DNA of 50,041 nucleotides from positions 1 through 50,041 of IMG/VR virus record IMGVR_UViG_3300037200_000048; one strand, given 5' to 3'. The notes below the pieces were generated by a model. It was not told the DNA's origin. It ran no database searches and was given only the letters and a program-made list of their open reading frames with translations. Made by a program: the position numbers and the translations under genes. Positions 45,783 to 50,041 of the stretch are shown here, piece by piece. Each line of letters begins with the position of its first letter. Positions within the stretch are counted from its first letter, which is position 1. Origin of the DNA: a virus. Taxonomy: Duplodnaviria > Caudoviricetes.

Positions 45783-45925
45783 TGTTGACGCTCCAAAGCC
45801 CGGAGAGCTATCCGAAACACCGCAGTGGGGCCAATCTCCCCAAAACGCTTCTGAAGCTCCGCAAGGATGGCAATGTCCTCTTTCGTGAGTGCGATCCCTA
45901 TGCGCTGCTCAGTCGTTTTCTTCAT
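45779..45925 (-). CDS. Ribbon-helix-helix-like regulator (leaderless)
   Basis: MKKTTEQRIGIALTKEDIAILAELQKRFGE..PTAVFRIALRAL. Confidence 0.65.
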   Translation of the reverse strand: MKKTTEQRIGIALTKEDIAILAELQKRFGEIGPTAVFRIALRALERQQ

Positions 45926-45932
45926 GCCCCTA

Positions 45933-46004
45933 AGCATACCGCATAAAATAGTTGGCGTCAAGCATAAAATAGTGCTTGACATACCCCGTATGCTCTGTTA
46001 CTCT
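45933..46004. promoter_or_regulatory. Back-to-back promoters (- strand TTGACG-17-TATGCT; + strand TTGACA-17-TACTCT) with direct repeat GCATAAAATAGT x2
   Basis: cgtcaa 45956-61 with agcata 45933-38; ttgaca 45976-81 with tactct 45999-46004; repeats at 45941 and 45962. Confidence 0.75.
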
Positions 46005-46031
46005 CTGTATATCGCTTGGAGGCGATTCCAA

Positions 46032-46208
46032 ATGAAGACATACATTCTGGCCGTCGCGGTGGTACTGGCGTTAGCCGTCCTTGTCGTCTCCAGGCTCAAC
46101 GCCGATCTCGCAGAGCATCGCGTGAATCCCTGCACTTACCGGGGGCAGATGCTCGAAGGTCAGTACGGAACTGCTCATGTCTGCACCGCCGACGAAGTTG
46201 CACACTAA
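46032..46208 (+). CDS. Small membrane/secreted protein
   Basis: GGAGG RBS; MKTYILAVAVVLALAVLVVS. Confidence 0.6.
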   Translation: MKTYILAVAVVLALAVLVVSRLNADLAEHRVNPCTYRGQMLEGQYGTAHVCTADEVAH

Positions 46209-46234
46209 CCCAGATGCACTCAGGAGCTAAGACA

Positions 46235-46546
46235 ATGAAAGCCATACGCACAAGCTATGTAGGGCCAACGAATACTCGTGGGTCGAGAATCATCGCCAGT
46301 GACGCCGATGGGAACAAGGTGAGCATTGGCTATCCGCACCAGTTGTCATCCGATGAAGCGCACGAGCTGGCCGCGTATAGGTTGATGGAAAAAATGGGGT
46401 GGCCGAATCGGTTGGTTGGGGGAGGGTTTGGAGCGGAGAATTTCTGGGTCATGGTGCCAAGGGAGGATCGAACGGAGCCGCCGGCCTATTTGGCGGTTTT
46501 GGAAGGGCTGCCCGCGCTGCGGCCAGTCAAAAAGTGGCAAGCATGA
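46235..46546 (+). CDS. Phage hypothetical protein (AI.T.Y.GPTNTRGSRI.A type)
   Basis: AGGAG RBS; motif. Confidence 0.7.
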   Translation: MKAIRTSYVGPTNTRGSRIIASDADGNKVSIGYPHQLSSDEAHELAAYRLMEKMGWPNRLVGGGFGAENFWVMVPREDRTEPPAYLAVLEGLPALRPVKKWQA

Positions 46547-46764
46547 GCTATACCTCGATGCGATTTATGCGGGACTGGCCGACTCCGATAGCTTGCTCTA
46601 AGTGTGGGCACATGGCTTGCGTGTGCAGCATCCTAGCCAACCACGCGCCCCACTGCAAGTTCCGAATATCTGCGACCTGCCCGGTCGGAATCGAATGCGA
46701 ACATGGACGCGACACTTGCCCCATCTGCGATCCATGCACATGCAAAACAGGAGCCACACAATGA
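46543..46764 (+). CDS. Cys-rich small protein
   Basis: CSKC..ACVC...CEHG.DTCPICDPCTC. Confidence 0.6.
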   Translation: MSYTSMRFMRDWPTPIACSKCGHMACVCSILANHAPHCKFRISATCPVGIECEHGRDTCPICDPCTCKTGATQ

Positions 46765-46812
46765 TGTCACTAGCCGTAGCAAAGCGAGCTGCACAGGATG
46801 CCAAGACGCGAT

Positions 46813-47151
46813 TCAATGAGTCCAGCCGCCACGAGAGTCCTGCCGAGCCATGCGATTTTCAGTTTGACCGAGGACTTGCACCAGCAGATCAATCGTGAAC
46901 ACAATGAGATCGCGGGTATCGCTGCAATCTGGATCGCATATTTCCTTTGCTACCAAATCATTCCGGGCGTCAATCACGGCATCCTTCGCAACCTTTGCCA
47001 TCTGACGTGCCTGTGCAACTGCCTTTAGGGCGGTCAAAAAGGACTCTAGCGATTCCTCTAAGGCTTCGTTAAGGTAATGCTTTGCTACCTCGGGATTAGA
47101 TAAGCGATCCAAGAGTAAAGCCTGAAATGGACGTGATTTTTTAGTGGTCAT
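46813..47151 (-). CDS. Orphan addiction-module antitoxin (HI1420-like), truncated at the HTH
   Basis: LLDRLSNPEVAKHYLNEALEES.ESFLTALKAVAQARQMAKVAKDA, then unrelated tail; no toxin gene. Confidence 0.7.
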   Translation of the reverse strand: MTTKKSRPFQALLLDRLSNPEVAKHYLNEALEESLESFLTALKAVAQARQMAKVAKDAVIDARNDLVAKEICDPDCSDTRDLIVFTIDLLVQVLGQTENRMARQDSRGGWTH

Positions 47152-47162
47152 AGTTCACTCAT

Positions 47163-47191
47163 AGCATAGAATCATGCTCTACGGGCGTAAA
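47163..47191 (-). promoter_or_regulatory. Promoter TTTACG-17-TATGCT overlapped by palindrome AGCAT-N6-ATGCT
   Basis: Read directly upstream of the antitoxin. Confidence 0.55.
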
Positions 47192-47217
47192 ACTCCTGTT
47201 AGTTGTCTAGCGCTGGA

Positions 47218-47373
47218 CTATTGGGCAAGCGCGGCCTGCAATTCAGCCCGGTCTTTCGCTAGGTCCAGAATGGCCTTGGCCAATATCTCGTCTCCATTGC
47301 CGAATCGCCACGGCTCAGCGAGCACATACTCAGCGACTTCGACGACATCGCGCACTTCTTTGTCGGTCATCAT
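47218..47373 (-). CDS. Small hypothetical protein
   Basis: ATGA-coupled to PAPS reductase. Confidence 0.5.
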   Translation of the reverse strand: MMTDKEVRDVVEVAEYVLAEPWRFGNGDEILAKAILDLAKDRAELQAALAQ

Positions 47374-48230
47374 TCGCACAAACCATACTTCGACTCGCAG
47401 GACTCGCGCTCGTGAAATATCGGGAACAGTTCTTTCCGACCGCCCCTGGCCGTCTTCGACCATGCCACCACTTGATCGATCGTATTGTTCGCTTTCAGCC
47501 CTGGGACCATGGGCGGGAAATAGGTGTAGCCGGTTTCCGTTTCCCAATCGCGAATTTTATCGATCATGTCTGGTCTGCGCAGGACCCAGTTCAGAATGTC
47601 TTCCTTCCCGCTGTTCACGCACGGCGCACACCCGACACGGCCAAATCCCATCAGATACAGAGGATTGATCTTCTCGCCACGCTCGCGGGCACCAGCAAAG
47701 CATTCCACTTTCGCAAGGCCAGCGATGATATGGTTCACCCAGCAATCGAAGTAGTCATCCCATTCGCGGTCTGGATAATCTTTGCGTGCGTGGCTCTCGT
47801 CGCGGCGGACGCCCGTGTACCGCGCGTAGTCCTCGCCTTCGTACTTTCCGCCGACTCCGAACTCACGTTGCATCCATCGGCGTTGCGGGGCCAGCTTCAG
47901 AATCGACGTGCAGAACTGGACCTTCCTGCTCGGAGGCCGCTTCTTGATCCGGATCATGTCCCTGAACGTCAGGACGGCATTTCCGTCCAAGCCCTTATGG
48001 TCCTCAGCAAAGCCTTCGGTAATCCAGATATCAGATACGATAGCTTCAACGATTACAACAGGATGGACCGTAGCCGAGTAATCGGCTATGAACTCAACGG
48101 TAAGCGGGTCTTCGTTTCCACCCGCCTGCGAGTTCATCAGAATAGTGTCATCGTGGCCGTACAGCGCGATTACCCGCGCGGCGGCTTCCTGCGAATCGAT
48201 CCCGCCAGAGAATCCTACAATGTGCTTCAC
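47370..48230 (-). CDS. Phosphoadenosine phosphosulfate (PAPS) reductase family protein
   Basis: PP-loop FSGGIDS, FCTSILKLAP, GVRRDES..R, NPLYLMGFGRVGCAPC, C.S.YGLCE. Confidence 0.9.
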   Translation of the reverse strand: MKHIVGFSGGIDSQEAAARVIALYGHDDTILMNSQAGGNEDPLTVEFIADYSATVHPVVIVEAIVSDIWITEGFAEDHKGLDGNAVLTFRDMIRIKKRPPSRKVQFCTSILKLAPQRRWMQREFGVGGKYEGEDYARYTGVRRDESHARKDYPDREWDDYFDCWVNHIIAGLAKVECFAGARERGEKINPLYLMGFGRVGCAPCVNSGKEDILNWVLRRPDMIDKIRDWETETGYTYFPPMVPGLKANNTIDQVVAWSKTARGGRKELFPIFHERESCESKYGLCE

Positions 48231-48313
48231 GCGCCCACCTTCGCAATCAGCCGCTCATACGTAAGGCGCTTGCCGACGATGGATATGCCGCCGAACTCGA
48301 AATATGGCTTCAT
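48227..48313 (-). pseudogene. 28-aa ORF MKPYFEFGGISIVGKRL..., possible deleted DNA methyltransferase remnant
   Basis: GGAGA RBS; N-terminus resembles MKPYY...GITIY.GD of phage N4/N6 MTases. Confidence 0.35.
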
Positions 48314-48671
48314 TCAGTCTCCAAGGGAGTCATGTATATAAGTCCCTTACAAATGCTTGATTCCAGAAGGCTCAGAGCAAAGCAAAAGCAGGGCAGGCCC
48401 CACTCTCGCCAGCGATTTGGAGACAGTATGCTGTCATCCGTCAGGTCGTCGCTTATGTCAGACAAGTCCCCGTTTGCGCTGCTCGCCTGGATCACAAGTC
48501 AGTGCCCTTATCGACGCGGGGACGGGCATCTGCACCCATCGGGCCGCCGGTTACTCTCTCGGCGTACCGATTGAGCCGAATGCACGGGCCAAGACGCACG
48601 AAGTCTTTGGGGAGTTCAAGCCGAATTGTCGGGAGAATGTCCGCATAGAATTTCACTACCTTGGCGAACCC

Positions 48672-48875
48672 AGATTAGCGGTAGCAACGGGCCGATGTCA
48701 AGTGTAAAATAAGGGATGCCAGGCGTTGACGCGCCGGACTAGCCCAATCGTCTCAGGAGGACGATTGACGGTATTGAATGTCAACCTCTTTGTCAAGCAT
48801 AAAATTCATTATAACGCCCCGAAATTGATATGGAGGTGTTATTTAGTAGACTTACACTATTATCTGCGCTATAGT
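48672..48875. promoter_or_regulatory. Promoter cluster: - strand TTGACA-18-TAATCT (48701-48672) and TTGACA-17-TACCGT (48796-48768); + strand TAGACT-17-TATAGT (48847-48875)
   Basis: Hexamers read directly in an AT-rich intergenic region. Confidence 0.6.
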
Positions 48876-49252
48876 TGGTGTCAAGTCGCGTCTCTGAACC
48901 TATTGCCGGGCGTATACCCGCGACCCAAAAGCAGCATTGGAGGCGTTGATGGCTGACAGTAAAGAAATGCGGAGGCTTACGGGAAAGTGGGCGACTGGCA
49001 ACGATTCTCTTGCTTTTCCATATGAGGCAATGTATGATGTAATTGTTCGCGAGCTGCCTTGGCCGTCATCTCCGAATTTGCCTCCTGTCGTTTCAGTCTG
49101 ACCCCGCACAACGCGGGGTCTTTCTGCGTTTGATATGCTGTTTTCAGTTGCAGACCGGCTAAGCGCAGAACGGCCCACCTTGGATTGCCTCCTCGGTGGG
49201 CCTCTCTGCTGCTCTGCGTTTGTCCGCGTCCCTCCTTCCTCTAACGAAAAGT

Positions 49253-49447
49253 CTACTCCGGGTCGAGCGCCTTGATTGCGGCGTCCACTGCGTCTCGCTC
49301 AATCGTGAGGGCGAAGATGTTGACGTTCAGCTTGTCGCGGCGCTGCAAAAGGTGGTTTATGGCGATGCTGACGTGCCGGTTGAGTTTCTTGGGTTCGCCG
49401 AGCGGGAATTCTGCTATTGCTGCGTCCTCTGATACCTTTGCCATCAT
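49253..49447 (-). CDS. Small coiled-coil protein
   Basis: AAGGAG RBS; coupled. Confidence 0.55.
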   Translation of the reverse strand: MMAKVSEDAAIAEFPLGEPKKLNRHVSIAINHLLQRRDKLNVNIFALTIERDAVDAAIKALDPE

Positions 49448-49755
49448 TTCTTCTCCTTGGTTGCATCCGCCTTCGGTTTTTCCACACACGCCGGTTCCCC
49501 CGCAGCATCCATCGTAGGGGTGAATTCCTTGCCACATGCTTCGGTGATGGCCTTCGCAGCCTCTTGGAGAGCCGCCTGCTTCTGCTGGGCTACCTGGGAC
49601 GCTTGCTCGGCCTGAGACCGCGCCGTGAGGAATTCGGAGTTGGCCTTGAAGTAGGCGATCTTCAGCGCGTCCGTGATTGCCGGCGGTTTGGGTGGTTGCT
49701 GCTGCGCTCCAGCCATTGAGAGCGCGAGGTAGATGGGCCAGAATGACTTCTTCAT
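49444..49755 (-). CDS. Secreted small helical protein with signal peptide
   Basis: MKKSFWPIYLALSMAGA-QQQ; AAAGGA RBS; Cys pair near C-terminus. Confidence 0.65.
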   Translation of the reverse strand: MKKSFWPIYLALSMAGAQQQPPKPPAITDALKIAYFKANSEFLTARSQAEQASQVAQQKQAALQEAAKAITEACGKEFTPTMDAAGEPACVEKPKADATKEKK

Positions 49756-49861
49756 TGAGTTCCTTTCGCTATTGCCTCGGTAAAGCTCGGTAGAGCGTCT
49801 TGCATCCACAGTCGGGACACTCAGTTTTGTCTACAGGCTCTCCGCGCTGCATGGTTTTCCG

Positions 49862-50008
49862 TTACGACCGTTCTCTGTCAGTCTTATTTTCGTGCTTTAC
49901 TTTAACCTTCTTCTCGCATTGCCTCCACGAGCATAAGCAGTGCGGTTTCTTACAACTCCGACAGTAGGTTTCGCGGCCATAGCAAGCTGCGCAGTACTTC
50001 ACTGTCAT
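49862..50008 (-). CDS. Cys-rich 48-aa protein MTVKYCAACYGRETYCRSC... (spans the circular junction from ATG at 94)
   Basis: Translated by hand; ATGA-coupled. Confidence 0.5.
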   Translation of the reverse strand: MTVKYCAACYGRETYCRSCKKPHCLCSWRQCEKKVKVKHENKTDRERS

Positions 50009-50041
50009 AAGACCCTTTTCAGACCCTGATACCCGCAATTG
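49915..50041 (+). repeat. 127-bp terminal direct repeat, copy 2
   Basis: Identical to 1-127. Confidence 0.95.

Larger units (their letters stand above)
1..49914. mobile_element. Complete tailed bacteriophage genome (podovirus-like), circularly permuted assembly
   Basis: TerL, portal, capsid, adaptor/nozzle and ejection-protein gene order; no tape-measure or sheath gene; 127-bp terminal overlap; no bacterial housekeeping genes. Confidence 0.93.

Noticed and set aside
47370-48230. Dnd/Ssp phosphorothioation system
   Set aside because: No DndA/B/D/E or Ssp partner genes nearby
49915-50041. Biological direct terminal repeat
   Set aside because: Length 127 equals a common assembler k-mer and the repeat cuts through ORFs; better explained as circular-contig overlap

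Overview
This window looks like a complete, circularly assembled ~49.9 kb tailed-phage genome: bases 1-127 are repeated exactly at 49915-50041, and a small ORF reads through the junction. The architecture is podovirus-like. A + strand early/accessory arm (696-10590) carries many small ORFs, a Sak4-like AAA ATPase, a methyltransferase-like protein, a primase-type Zn finger and nucleases. A long - strand late arm carries TerL, portal, scaffold, major capsid protein, adaptor, nozzle, ejection proteins, three fibre/lectin proteins and holin/spanin-like genes. An accessory region holds a PAPS reductase, an orphan antitoxin and an RHH plus GIY-YIG fragment. The lectin/CHB_HEX-type protein and a protease-like ORF resemble Acidobacteria-associated proteins, so the host call is an inference. 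I could not recognise an integrase, endolysin, helicase, polymerase, tRNA, CRISPR array or reverse transcriptase. Most striking observations: (1) all three tail-fibre/receptor-binding-type genes start with Sec-type signal peptides, have Gln at the predicted +1 position and carry closely spaced Cys pairs; (2) a cluster of tiny K/R/H-rich peptides, missed by the ORF track, lies in the head module; (3) TerL and portal both appear to use near-cognate start codons (ACG, ATC) just after in-frame TAG codons; (4) back-to-back sigma70 promoters recur and drive leaderless regulator mRNAs; (5) short boundary repeats bracket early gene cassettes. Product calls come from motif recognition and gene order only; no database searches were run.
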